A stretch of DNA of 64,000 nt from a virus (lineage: Duplodnaviria; Caudoviricetes): the IMG/VR virus record IMGVR_UViG_3300031998_000004, one strand, 5' to 3'. Below, one piece after another: positions 20,380 to 30,724 of this stretch (within the stretch, counting starts at the first letter, position 1; the number at the start of each line of letters is the position of its first letter). The notes beneath the pieces are model-generated. The model worked only from the letters and a program-made list of their open reading frames with translations, did not search any database and was not told the DNA's origin. Made by a program: the position numbers and the translations under genes.

Positions 20380-20613
20380 CTTTTTATCCACCAACGCGGC
20401 TATGTATGTTCCTGCCGCAGCCACCATACATATTAATCCAAAACAAATCAGAAACATCATTTACTTGGTTGACTTATCGTTTTTTAATTCAGGGAACTGT
20501 GTAAGGAGGACTAACCGAGCCTCTTCACTGAGGTTCTGTGCGAGGAGCTTACGTGCCTGTTCTAATTCTAACTCTCTACTTTTCATACTATTATAGGTTT
20601 ATTTATAATAATA

Positions 20614-21024
20614 CTAACACCCATGCGCATATTTACCGAAACGTTTGTATAAAATAGTCGAAATCTTCTTTTTAACGTCTCGGTTCACCTGATAGTAACG
20701 TTTCTGGTTGTAAACCAAGCAAGGAAGTTCCAGACCCCTGATAGTCTCTTCAAAGACCGGGTAAAGATGATATGTATCCATTCCGGGTACATCTCCATAC
20801 ATTGAACGAAAGATACTATGTTCTTCTTTGAAGGTCCCCGTAGGAATCTTGGTGGTCTTCTTTGCTCCCCAAAATAATTTTTTCTGTCTGGGAGTTAACG
20901 CAAATGAACCCTCACGCGGAATCAGGGTACTACCACTGTTGGATATCTTATAGTTCTTAAGGATCATCTTATCGCTCTCTGCCTGGAGCTGTTTGGGATC
21001 AAGGTGGTTGTCAAATACACTCAT
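20614..21024 (-). CDS. MSVF-tag hypothetical protein
   Basis: MSVFDNHL. Confidence 0.8.
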   Translation of the reverse strand: MSVFDNHLDPKQLQAESDKMILKNYKISNSGSTLIPREGSFALTPRQKKLFWGAKKTTKIPTGTFKEEHSIFRSMYGDVPGMDTYHLYPVFEETIRGLELPCLVYNQKRYYQVNRDVKKKISTILYKRFGKYAHGC

Positions 21025-21027
21025 ATT

Positions 21028-21453
21028 CTAAAATTTATAAATTTTCTTATGTTGAAAGGCTCTTCTTCTTATTACTTGAGAGATCCAATATTCATTAAAT
21101 GCATTATATAAAGGCCAAAGTACCGCTTTATCAAAATAAATTTGATTCTTAAAAATCAGTTTTCTTATGTCCGGGTGTCCAAACCCATGTGCGAATTTAG
21201 AAAAATCCCATTCCGAAGGAAGATCATAATTATCAAGCATCCTTGCTATATCAGCAACACCTTCATTCATATAAAAATCCCAAACAACACTTATTGGAAC
21301 AAACATCCTACCAGAGCGGCTCCTAAGCGCATCAGTAAATGTTCCAGACTTCTCTACTAAAACAATTGCTCCATAATCGGTTGAAAAAAACCAATTGTAA
21401 TGCTCAAGAATGAAGTCGTCTTGATTGGTGATATGATCACTAAATATACTCAT
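21028..21453 (-). CDS. MSIF-tag hypothetical protein
   Basis: MSIFSDHITN (start re-assigned). Confidence 0.8.
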   Translation of the reverse strand: MSIFSDHITNQDDFILEHYNWFFSTDYGAIVLVEKSGTFTDALRSRSGRMFVPISVVWDFYMNEGVADIARMLDNYDLPSEWDFSKFAHGFGHPDIRKLIFKNQIYFDKAVLWPLYNAFNEYWISQVIRRRAFQHKKIYKF

Positions 21454-21461
21454 ATATTTAA

Positions 21462-21899
21462 TTACCAAATAACTTCAGAATCTTTAAGTATATATAAAAA
21501 CAATTGCTCCGCAAGATGACTCATCATTCCATGAGGAATAATATAGAAAGGAGTATCTTTGTATGTAATAAATTCACCAATATCACTAAATAACTTCATC
21601 GGATATATAACAACGCCCACATTATGTTCTTCTAGTTCCCGTTCGACTATAAATTTAAATTGCTCATCAGTAATCTTCCCAATATATCCCGGACACATAG
21701 TATATATAATGTTCATCAATTCATCAAAACAAAGTAATCTCTGACCATTATATTCTTTTTCATATTCGCGACGTGGAAGAAGTTCAACAATAGTGCAGTG
21801 TCCTTTTCCGTCCGGCCCCACAGCTGGTATAAACCTTTGATTTATTAAACGGTATTCGGCTTCTTTGTCATACCCGTCTATTGAAGAAAATATACTCAT
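21462..21899 (-). CDS. MSIF-tag hypothetical protein
   Basis: MSIFSSID. Confidence 0.8.
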   Translation of the reverse strand: MSIFSSIDGYDKEAEYRLINQRFIPAVGPDGKGHCTIVELLPRREYEKEYNGQRLLCFDELMNIIYTMCPGYIGKITDEQFKFIVERELEEHNVGVVIYPMKLFSDIGEFITYKDTPFYIIPHGMMSHLAEQLFLYILKDSEVIW

Positions 21900-22366
21900 T
21901 TCTTATGCGTGCGTTTGAAATACTTCGAGTTACACGTTTCTTTGGATATATAATTAAACATCGTCTCAATGATTCTATTTTTAAGACTAGATGGATTGGC
22001 ATCATACAAATCGGTTTTAATATAGGTGTCTCCTTTATATTGCAAAACGCCACACTCCGTAATCATTCTATTAAATCGAACCATAAGATTTCCCTCGTCC
22101 AGTTTACTTAATTCAATCTTGCCTCTGTCTTTTTTCGAGACAATATCTCGTATACTATCGAGTGTTCTACCTACATAGTAAAAGAAAACATACATCGGGT
22201 TATAATATACACTACCATGAGGATAACTAAACTTACCATCAAGATTTTTAGGAAAGAGTCCTTTCCGAATCCTTTTCCCCTTCACATAATCCCATTCGAG
22301 ATTGTAAAGCTGCTCGATAGTATCATCGTTGGTTGCCTGGATGTTGTCGTTGCCAAATATACTCAT
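21896..22366 (-). CDS. MSIF-tag hypothetical protein
   Basis: MSIFGNDNI. Confidence 0.8.
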   Translation of the reverse strand: MSIFGNDNIQATNDDTIEQLYNLEWDYVKGKRIRKGLFPKNLDGKFSYPHGSVYYNPMYVFFYYVGRTLDSIRDIVSKKDRGKIELSKLDEGNLMVRFNRMITECGVLQYKGDTYIKTDLYDANPSSLKNRIIETMFNYISKETCNSKYFKRTHKK

Positions 22367-22369
22367 GAC

Positions 22370-22828
22370 CTACTTATAATCGTAATTAAGTTTATACTTA
22401 TATATCGGATATATACTACTTATATACTTTGCAAAGGACCTAATCAACCAATAATGATTTTGTTTTTCGTAATATTTGTGTTTTTTGTAAGTGATGTATT
22501 TTCCGTTTTCAATATCCTGAAAAAAGATCTTTTCAAGATCACGGATATGCCTCAACTCAACGTGTTTTCTAACCTTAATGTTTGCTGCTCCTTTTTTGTG
22601 AGATGTTCGAAGATCTATTTCAATCATCGTAACAGCCCCCTGATATATATCCCAAAAGTCAGTATTTCTCTTATCTACATACTCTACACCATCATATCTT
22701 ATAGACCACACATCATTATATGCAGGGTCTTCACTCTTGAAAAAACTGTATCTTTTCATCTGGTCCGCGTGTTCTTCAAGAAAGGCGTCGTTAATTCCTT
22801 CTTCGGTTGTTCTATCAAATACACTCAT
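22370..22828 (-). CDS. MSVF-tag hypothetical protein
   Basis: MSVFDRT. Confidence 0.8.
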   Translation of the reverse strand: MSVFDRTTEEGINDAFLEEHADQMKRYSFFKSEDPAYNDVWSIRYDGVEYVDKRNTDFWDIYQGAVTMIEIDLRTSHKKGAANIKVRKHVELRHIRDLEKIFFQDIENGKYITYKKHKYYEKQNHYWLIRSFAKYISSIYPIYKYKLNYDYK

Positions 22829-22831
22829 ATC

Positions 22832-23290
22832 TTATTCAAGTGGTCCGTCCCAATGGAACTTGTGTTTCTCACAATACTTTAAAATCAAGTTAATTTCATA
22901 CATGGTATGAAAACTACGAACATCCCGCCAACAAAAATAGAGGAGCCCTTTGTACATATGCGCTCTTATTTCTCCATTATCATATGCCTTTTGAATAGCT
23001 CGGAGGTAGTGTCTTTTATCTATACGAATATTAGAAAATTCCTCTACATGATACTGTTTTGCCATCTTATAGGTTCTCCAAGGCCTCCAATCATTATACG
23101 CAGCTATAGCAGTGCAGTAATCTCCGCGATCCCATATATCATGGGGTGCTTTGTTCATTCTTGGATATAACCATCCATCGCTCCTACCCCATGCACCATT
23201 CCACAAGGGAGCGTCCGAGTCCTCAGATCTTTCGTACCACTGGCTAAGGATTTCGTCAGATTCTACTATATGATTGGTAAATATACTCAT
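22832..23290 (-). CDS. MSIF-tag hypothetical protein
   Basis: MSIFTNHIVE. Confidence 0.8.
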   Translation of the reverse strand: MSIFTNHIVESDEILSQWYERSEDSDAPLWNGAWGRSDGWLYPRMNKAPHDIWDRGDYCTAIAAYNDWRPWRTYKMAKQYHVEEFSNIRIDKRHYLRAIQKAYDNGEIRAHMYKGLLYFCWRDVRSFHTMYEINLILKYCEKHKFHWDGPLE

Positions 23291-23685
23291 AGTCCGTGAT
23301 GTCTTAAAATTATGTCTCTATCCATATCGTTTTCAAAACGACATAAATCTCCAACATTGTAATAAGTCTCTCCATTCAGAATCAGGATTCTAACATCACC
23401 GCTGGCTACCTTTCTGGAGAGTTTGTTGATATAAGTCTGTCTTCTAGGTTGATAGCTGATTCGGAACCCAGCAAAGTAGTTTCGTTTTCCGGCGAGATAA
23501 GTCTCCCAAGCTTCTTCAAGTATAATATAAGAAGTGTGTTTGTATGTGGAGCCACGATCTCCCTTATCGATAAGGTAAGTCCGGTCTTCTCTCTTACCAC
23601 GATCAACATTGGTATAATATCCCAACTCGAACTTTTCGAGAATTATATCGTCTGCTTTGGCTATATGATCTTCAAATACACTCAT
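23287..23685 (-). CDS. MSVF-tag hypothetical protein
   Basis: MSVFEDHIAK. Confidence 0.8.
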   Translation of the reverse strand: MSVFEDHIAKADDIILEKFELGYYTNVDRGKREDRTYLIDKGDRGSTYKHTSYIILEEAWETYLAGKRNYFAGFRISYQPRRQTYINKLSRKVASGDVRILILNGETYYNVGDLCRFENDMDRDIILRHHGL

Positions 23686-23689
23686 GTAT

Positions 23690-23720
23690 ATATTTACTAA
23701 AACTCTCTCAAATCTTTAGT
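23690..23720 (-). promoter_or_regulatory. Candidate phage promoter driving first tag-gene array
   Basis: ACTAAA-18nt-TAAATAT. Confidence 0.55.
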
Positions 23721-23753
23721 TTTTGCTATCATACTTCGTGTATAACAAAAGAA

Positions 23754-23789
23754 AAAAGAAGAGATGATAAAATGGTCATCTCTTCTTTT
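23754..23789 (-). terminator. Intrinsic terminator after SSB gene
   Basis: AAAAGAAGAGATGA/TCATCTCTTCTTTT stem. Confidence 0.75.
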
Positions 23790-23810
23790 CAAGCGCTTTA
23801 AATCGAATCT

Positions 23811-24902
23811 TTAGAAAGGAAGATCCTCACCAGGAGCAGCACCGAAAGCGGTCTCTATCTGTGCTTCGGGAGAAGCGGGAGCTTCTGCTACAGCAGCACC
23901 GGCTTCAATGAGAGGGTTGCCCTGCTTGAAATCCTCGTAAGAGATGTTCTCAGGATTCTTACCAGCAAGAACAATCTCAATCCACTGATTGACTTTCTTC
24001 TCGGTATTCTCATCCCATTCCTTCCAACCACACTCCTGACGGAGATCAAACGCATTCTCCTTTACATAATTGTAAGCAATCTCGTAAAGAGGACGGAGCT
24101 GAGGACGAAGTGCTTCAAGCTGGTTAGCAGCTGCCTTACGCTTGGCTTCGGTCTTTGCACCAGTGCTATCCTTGATAGCAGTTACATAGTTGTCAATCAC
24201 CTCGAGCTGCTCTTCGGTGAAGAGAGGAGTACCATCAGTCTTGATGATAGGTGCGTAATCACCAAAATCACAGAGATTGTAGTTAATCTCACGCTGCTTA
24301 CGCTGAGGATTTGCAGGGTCATCCGGACCAGGAACAACCTCCATGTTGAGTTCGAGACCAATAACATAATCCATTACAGGATAAGGGGTCTTCTTGGAGT
24401 CCTTACTCGGAGCCATGCGTGCCTTGAGCTTATCATGAATTGCCTGGGGAAGCTTCATTGCCATGAACTTACCAACGAGATCCGGCTTATTCTCATCTTC
24501 GAGAATCTGTACGATCACATAGTCGCTTTCATTTTTCTGGAAAAGACTCTTTGCACGTTCCTTCTCGGCATCGTCTCCTGAAAACCATAGCTTCTTCCAC
24601 GCCCTAAAAATCGGACAGTTTTTAAACTCCGGGTCGCTCGGTCCATTACCAAGGCGACTTCTTACGAGCATGCTTCCGTCTGCACTCTTAAGAAAATAAG
24701 TTGCCTGATGAACGATTGAGTCCTTGGGTGCGGTAGGATTATACACCACTCGCGCCTTACTGAGATAGTGACCAGACTCCGACTTGGTGTCCTTGGGATT
24801 AGTCTTGTAGATGTTAGCGTCATAGGAACGCTGCTCGGGTTCGTTGAATGCGGATACATCCTGAGGATTGAAACCCATTACCTCATCAATAAAATCTGCC
24901 AT
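23811..24902 (-). CDS. T4 gp32-like single-stranded DNA-binding protein
   Basis: gp32-type core (CPI..AW..LW, VQILEDENKPDLVGK, P..I..K) and acidic SSB tail EDLPF. Confidence 0.75.
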   Translation of the reverse strand: MADFIDEVMGFNPQDVSAFNEPEQRSYDANIYKTNPKDTKSESGHYLSKARVVYNPTAPKDSIVHQATYFLKSADGSMLVRSRLGNGPSDPEFKNCPIFRAWKKLWFSGDDAEKERAKSLFQKNESDYVIVQILEDENKPDLVGKFMAMKLPQAIHDKLKARMAPSKDSKKTPYPVMDYVIGLELNMEVVPGPDDPANPQRKQREINYNLCDFGDYAPIIKTDGTPLFTEEQLEVIDNYVTAIKDSTGAKTEAKRKAAANQLEALRPQLRPLYEIAYNYVKENAFDLRQECGWKEWDENTEKKVNQWIEIVLAGKNPENISYEDFKQGNPLIEAGAAVAEAPASPEAQIETAFGAAPGEDLPF

Positions 24903-24989
24903 AATTTGTTTAATTTATTTGAACTAATTTATTTGGTTAATTGTTGAAAATTGGCATTTCCAACTCTTTAAATAATATAGTAAAAATTG

Positions 24990-26768
24990 TCAATTATTTA
25001 ATTTTAAAATGTATTTTGTTTGTCCGCTATCATAGATTCTATAGTATCCTTTTGCTTTCATTATTTCAAACTCCGATTCACTTGGATTTTCGCCATTTTT
25101 TACCAATTCAGACTTTCTAAATTTAAATCTATGATATCGATTCATGTCTTTATCAATATACCAATATGAGTGTTTTGTAATTGATAAATAAGAAAATCCA
25201 AGAGTTTTATATAATTCTCCATTACTTATATCATTAGAAGAAAATGATTCAATAGAATTTGGATGATAATTATTAATAAAATACTTTAATAATTTACTTG
25301 CTCCTCCTGCTATACTTGTATTTAATTTATTACAAAATCTATATAATTCCCAATCATTTTGTTTACCTTTATTACCTAGAGATCCTCTCTTTTTTCCAAA
25401 GGCCATTAATGATACCAATTCATCGCCATAATACAAACCAACACGGATGGAAGAATTTACGTACCCTTGTAGATGATTATCATTTAAAAATTTTAACGCA
25501 TCAGAATTTGACACTATTTTAATATTGCATTTTCTAGCATATATCTTTCTTTGATATAATCCCAGGTTATGTAATAATATAGATTCTACTATATTGGGTT
25601 TATTTAATATTTGATCCTCCCAAAATGACAATAATTTAATACCAATTTCTCGACATTTTTTCCATTTATTATAATGATAATTACTATCTTTTAATGAATG
25701 CCAATAAATACCATTACATTCGATCGCAATATTGTGTTCCGGGATAAATATATCTAATTCTTTCCCATTTAATATACTTTTATTATTTGTCTCATAAAAT
25801 ACATTATATTTGTCGAGAATATCTCTTATAAATAATTCTATAGTAGTTCCTTTATTAGTATTGCCGGGACATAACACAACACATAACTCTCTATTTTCAT
25901 AATTTCTTACAAAGTATTTATCATAGGGAATAATAAATTCTTTTTCATTACATTTATTGCATTCTGGATGGGGACATTTACATTTAAAAAATTTACCGTC
26001 GAAATTTTCAATCCTATCAATTATTATATCAGAATTATTAATATGGTTTTGAATTCTTGTTTGTTTTGACTTATCATTCAATTCTTTATTTTGAAGAGGA
26101 TATATTGAGCCATATTTTTTAAGACGGGTTTGTTTGCCTTTTTCCTGTATTTCTTGAGATTGAAATGGATACTCTACTCCGAATTTTTTTAAATTATTCT
26201 GTTTAATTAATTCCAAATTAATATAATTTTCATCTCCGTATTTCTCTAATTTAGTATGTTTTGCTTTTTCAATAATTTTTTGTTTCTCCTCATCTGAACG
26301 AGTAGAAACTGTTTCATTTATTTTCTCTCGAATCTTCTTGTTAGACAAAGGAAACTCACACCCATATTTTTCTAAACATGTTTTTTTGCGCTTTTCTAAT
26401 ATAATATCATTGTAGTTTTCTCCATATCTATCAATCATGGTTTGTTTACATCTATTAACAAACCCATTATCCATTAGATATCTCTCTTTAAACGTTTCTT
26501 TTTGTTTCCGTAGTTTTTCTTTATCCGTATTTGCACAGTTAGAACAACAATATTTACCATACCCATGAGAATATGATATGAAATTAAGTTTTTTACCACA
26601 ATTTAAACAAACCGAATCTTTATCAATATGATATACATATTTGTATAATTTTTCGGCAAACACCCCATCAAAATTGTCCATCAAGTATTGATAAAATTCC
26701 GGATAGTTCTTTTTTATAAAAGATTCGGTTCTTTGCCCTCGAGTATTAAATGTTTCGGGTATGATCAT
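24990..26768 (-). mobile_element. Free-standing homing-type endonuclease (PD-(D/E)xK / DUF559-like) with KYG repeats
   Basis: ELDIFIP..NIAIECNGIYWH nuclease motif; repeated T.L.KYG units; C-terminal ARKC..FLNDNHLQG domain; markedly lower GC than flanks. Confidence 0.7.
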
Positions 26769-26817
26769 ATCTATATAATAATATGGGGCACTTCTTTATT
26801 TAAATAAATATCAAATC

Positions 26818-27213
26818 TCACCACTTCATAGGATCAAAATTATTAATTTTCTGTTCCTCTCTAACAATCAATTTGCTTGGGATATTGACATTCAATATTT
26901 CAACATATCGAGAAATCCATAAAATGTTCTCCCTCCCATTAACATGATCAACAATCGCTACTGTAATATTAACATTCCAGTGATCATTATAATCGTGTAC
27001 AATCATCTTGGGATAACGATAATCACATTCCTCTAAATTACTATATGTATGATTAGCATAGAATAAATTATTGAATACGTTTGCAATCCTCTCCGGATCA
27101 AACATACAATAATTAGCAGTCTCTGAGAAATGTCCCAAAATCAACCCTCTCATTTGTGACACTATCTTCTCAAGAGTTATTTCATTGGTTATATTATTAT
27201 CAAATATACTCAT
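26818..27213 (-). CDS. MSIF-tag hypothetical protein
   Basis: MSIFDNNITNE. Confidence 0.8.
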   Translation of the reverse strand: MSIFDNNITNEITLEKIVSQMRGLILGHFSETANYCMFDPERIANVFNNLFYANHTYSNLEECDYRYPKMIVHDYNDHWNVNITVAIVDHVNGRENILWISRYVEILNVNIPSKLIVREEQKINNFDPMKW

Positions 27214-27230
27214 ACAAAGGGGACTTTCGA

Positions 27231-27323
27231 TTATAACAATAAAACATCTCCCATCTCTTCAATCCGTTCAATCCGCTCATAAAGCAACTCTTGTTCTATA
27301 AGATCTGGATTAAACTGGGATAT
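27231..27323 (-). pseudogene. Relic of a tag-family gene
   Basis: ATA-start frame ISQFNPDLIEQELLYERIERIEEMGD resembles neighbour MSIFNPDLIQDESDIRRVKTMEELRD. Confidence 0.5.
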
Positions 27324-27467
27324 ATACGGTATTAATAAATTCATCTAATATGAACTCATAGTTACCAGTACCATCCCAAGGACAATAGGGATCATCAAAT
27401 AGTTCAGCAATTAAACCAATACACTTTACCCTCATACGTCCAAAATTATATTTTTTCAATTGTCATC

Positions 27468-27680
27468 CTATTCATCAAGGCTCAAGAAAAATGTCTTCGT
27501 TGTATCTAGAATCATGGGCGAATACATCATAGACGCATATACAGGAGCTCGCTTACCGCCTTTTGTAGACCAATGACCAATATCAGTGGTTGCCCATATC
27601 AGGTCTCTTAATTCCTCCATGGTCTTTACTCGTCTGATATCAGATTCATCTTGAATCAAGTCTGGATTAAATATACTCAT
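27468..27680 (-). CDS. MSIF-tag protein, probably truncated
   Basis: MSIFNPDLIQ; only 70 aa; coding-like frame continues out of frame at about 27311-27460. Confidence 0.6.
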   Translation of the reverse strand: MSIFNPDLIQDESDIRRVKTMEELRDLIWATTDIGHWSTKGGKRAPVYASMMYSPMILDTTKTFFLSLDE

Positions 27681-27970
27681 CTAAATTCTACTGGTTCTTC
27701 TATATTAAATTTTTGATGATTAGGCCATGTTGGCTGGGTAACCTCGAGCTTCAAATGACCGAATCCCTCCCTATAACAAACTATATGCAAATGCGAATAT
27801 GCCTGTTGAACTCGTCGAACTATTTTCTTTACAGCCAATCCCGGATTATAACCAATATCATACATAATCCCTTCCGTGAGATTAAAGCCAAACTCCTCTT
27901 CACATAACATTTCAAAGTACGTTTGTGGGTCTGGTAGGGTCTGGATTATGTCTTTATCAAATATGCTCAT
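27677..27970 (-). CDS. MSIF-tag hypothetical protein
   Basis: MSIFDKDIIQ. Confidence 0.8.
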   Translation of the reverse strand: MSIFDKDIIQTLPDPQTYFEMLCEEEFGFNLTEGIMYDIGYNPGLAVKKIVRRVQQAYSHLHIVCYREGFGHLKLEVTQPTWPNHQKFNIEEPVEFR

Positions 27971-28422
27971 TGTATATACTTTTCTCGAAGCTCTTTATAC
28001 TTTTCTCGAAACTCTTGAACTTGTTTTGCAACAAGATCTAAAGTCTCTTCTGGTATTTGAAGAACTATGTGTTGTAATTGTAAGTTCCCTCGTAATCTGT
28101 AACTTACTATCAAGTATTCTTGTATAAGTGGTTTCGAATTATCCTGTTCTTTACATATGTCGTATTCAATCAGGTTGGCAAAAGGTCCTTTCCAATCGGT
28201 TGGTGGAGTGGGCTCTGTACATAAATTCGACATATATTGATCTAGGACATACGACAGAAACCCTGAAGGACTAACCGCAGGCGGTGAAGTTAGTTGAGGT
28301 TCATTCATATACACATCCACAAGTCTATTAAATTCTTGTTGGATTTGTATCCCTACGTTATCAACCACATACGGGCTATATCCCAAGTCCTTTGAAACTA
28401 TATCTTTATCGAATAGGCTCAT
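27967..28422 (-). CDS. MSLF-tag hypothetical protein
   Basis: MSLFDKDIVS. Confidence 0.8.
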   Translation of the reverse strand: MSLFDKDIVSKDLGYSPYVVDNVGIQIQQEFNRLVDVYMNEPQLTSPPAVSPSGFLSYVLDQYMSNLCTEPTPPTDWKGPFANLIEYDICKEQDNSKPLIQEYLIVSYRLRGNLQLQHIVLQIPEETLDLVAKQVQEFREKYKELREKYIQ

Positions 28423-28781
28423 ATCGTTTGTAGTGGAGTAAACTTAAAATTATAAAGTTCTGTATGTATTGGCCCTTCAAGATTCTGTTTATAATACCGG
28501 ATATCAACAACAATATCTAATCCCGCATGTCCATATTTGTGTGGAAGGAGTGTAATGTGGAAGTCATTAACGTCTAAATCATTTCTTTCAAAAACCTGCT
28601 CATAATTACTTCTAACCAAATTCCGCAATATTTCTTCCATAAAAACAATTCCCCAGAACTTACCTTTGACCACATAATCATTAATCCATATTGCCATCTG
28701 TGCATGGATATGTTTCTTTATTTCCTCAAACATCTCTTCTACGGAAGTTTTGTTGGATATGTTTTCGCTAAATATACTCAT
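28419..28781 (-). CDS. MSIF-tag hypothetical protein
   Basis: MSIFSENISN (start re-assigned). Confidence 0.8.
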   Translation of the reverse strand: MSIFSENISNKTSVEEMFEEIKKHIHAQMAIWINDYVVKGKFWGIVFMEEILRNLVRSNYEQVFERNDLDVNDFHITLLPHKYGHAGLDIVVDIRYYKQNLEGPIHTELYNFKFTPLQTI

Positions 28782-28783
28782 AT

Positions 28784-29278
28784 TCAATACAAATAGAAAT
28801 AGGAATAATTCCAATCTGTGACTTTTTCTTTTAGACAATTCATATCCTTATCGAAACGAAGAATTACTTCGCCTGTGGGTTCACATGAGCTCTCAATTTC
28901 ATCTTTCATTCGTTGACGAGCTTCTGATATTTCAGCCCAACCAAGAGTATTCATTTTGTGTGAGTAACGCGCCCTGATATGTTCTTCCTGACTATCAGAA
29001 ACTTTAATTACAATGTAAAGTTCTCCGTCTATATATCGGTATTTTCCAAAAGAACCAATATAAGCGTCAGCGTCAGGCACATACAAATTATATTTTGGTA
29101 AGAGTTCATAACACCAATCATTAATTTTGTTGTAATTAAGATTTGCTCTGTTATTATCTCTGTTTCTGATAAAATATGATTTGTATGAGTCAATCTTTGC
29201 TCTCAAAGCAAGCATAAACTGAAACTTTCTTTTTACGTCTAACCGACGTTCAATTATGTTTTCACTAAATAACCCCAT
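28784..29278 (-). CDS. MGLF-tag hypothetical protein
   Basis: MGLFSENIIE. Confidence 0.8.
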   Translation of the reverse strand: MGLFSENIIERRLDVKRKFQFMLALRAKIDSYKSYFIRNRDNNRANLNYNKINDWCYELLPKYNLYVPDADAYIGSFGKYRYIDGELYIVIKVSDSQEEHIRARYSHKMNTLGWAEISEARQRMKDEIESSCEPTGEVILRFDKDMNCLKEKVTDWNYSYFYLY

Positions 29279-29281
29279 ATC

Positions 29282-29728
29282 TTAAATCGTCCACCATTCG
29301 TGTTTAAGTTTTTCTATATTGTATTCCAACACCTTTCCATACTGATTAAGAACAATGTGGATGTTTCCATAGTTCTCCCAATAATTTTCATCACCGAAGC
29401 CGCTATAGTCATCCGTAGGGATAGTAATAAAGTAATACCCGTCTTTCCACTCAACCCAGGGATATTCTGTTTTATAGTCAAACCTCCTATCTTTGGGATC
29501 ATACATCTGTCCTTCGACACATAATATATTATTATATTTTGTGCTATTCTTAATACTTACAATATACATAAATATAAGATTACACACATTTGCTGGTCCA
29601 TGAGTCTTTCTTGTTGCAAGAATATCTTTGCGATGTGCCTGTAACTTATCAATCACACTAAAGCAAAACTGATCGATGAGAGGAACGTGTACTTCTTTCT
29701 CGATTATGTCACTATCAAATAGACTCAT
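29282..29728 (-). CDS. MSLF-tag hypothetical protein
   Basis: MSLFDSDIIE. Confidence 0.8.
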   Translation of the reverse strand: MSLFDSDIIEKEVHVPLIDQFCFSVIDKLQAHRKDILATRKTHGPANVCNLIFMYIVSIKNSTKYNNILCVEGQMYDPKDRRFDYKTEYPWVEWKDGYYFITIPTDDYSGFGDENYWENYGNIHIVLNQYGKVLEYNIEKLKHEWWTI

Positions 29729-29776
29729 GTATTAAATCAACTTTATTGATCGATTCAAACTCTGTTTGAATTTATA

Positions 29777-30130
29777 TTAACAAAACTTCACAAAATATAT
29801 AGATTTTATTCTCCCGTTACTTCCCATTTGTATCTTCCACTTTACCCATACACCATACTTGCTATAGATGCGTTGTACTGTATTGTCAAGCGATTCTTGC
29901 CATGATTTGGGAAGATGCTTCATATTATGAAACATTTTTTTAATATCCTTTTTACTGTATGGTGGTGTATCAGAACTATCTACATCGATGAAATGACCAC
30001 TCGTACGATCCCACGCGGTTTGAAATCCGCGTCTCTTGAGGTATTCGCGAGCAAGAATGTCATAACAAACATTATTCCAATTGGTGTCTTTTGGAATAGA
30101 AGGGGTGATGTTATTAGTGAATATTCCCAT
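29777..30130 (-). CDS. MGIF-tag hypothetical protein
   Basis: MGIFTNNIT. Confidence 0.8.
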   Translation of the reverse strand: MGIFTNNITPSIPKDTNWNNVCYDILAREYLKRRGFQTAWDRTSGHFIDVDSSDTPPYSKKDIKKMFHNMKHLPKSWQESLDNTVQRIYSKYGVWVKWKIQMGSNGRIKSIYFVKFC

Positions 30131-30386
30131 TTGAGTATTTATCTATTAATTTATCAAGATTAGCAAATTCGATTTTTTTCCAATATCCGTGTCGTCTAAA
30201 TGGATCGACCCAATTAACATATACATCACTTTTTCTTAATTCTCCTATAATGTAATTCATTTTAGTGACACACATATTCTTATAAAGATCTCCATTCAGT
30301 TCATTGTATGTCTCCCCCCATCGTTTGAGATCAAGGAGTTTTTCAAGAACTGTTTCATTAGTTACGTTATCACCAAATATGCTCAT
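30114..30386 (-). CDS. MSIF-tag hypothetical protein
   Basis: MSIFGDNVTNE. Confidence 0.8.
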   Translation of the reverse strand: MSIFGDNVTNETVLEKLLDLKRWGETYNELNGDLYKNMCVTKMNYIIGELRKSDVYVNWVDPFRRHGYWKKIEFANLDKLIDKYSNGNIH

Positions 30387-30724
30387 AGACTAGGCACAGG
30401 AAGTTTAAGACAAAGAAACACATTATCTGGACTAGGAAGAAAGTCTTCTTGAGATTCTGAATAGATTATAGATAAGGAAATCCTCGAAAAACAATTCTCA
30501 TAAACTACATAATTCACAATTACCTCAGGATGATACATATTGAATTTATTAAAACGATATATCACCCCGCTCAGAGCGCGTTGGCAAGCTTTCTCGGTTT
30601 CTATTATATTCCCACCATTCTGTATAAAGAGAAGTTCAAAGTTATCAGTATACCACCTCTTGAGAAGATCATGAAACTTCTCCAACGGAGAAGGTGTAGT
30701 TATATTATCGTCAAATACACTCAT
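30383..30724 (-). CDS. MSVF-tag hypothetical protein; paralog of 30721
   Basis: MSVFDDNITT..PLEKF. Confidence 0.8.
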   Translation of the reverse strand: MSVFDDNITTPSPLEKFHDLLKRWYTDNFELLFIQNGGNIIETEKACQRALSGVIYRFNKFNMYHPEVIVNYVVYENCFSRISLSIIYSESQEDFLPSPDNVFLCLKLPVPSL

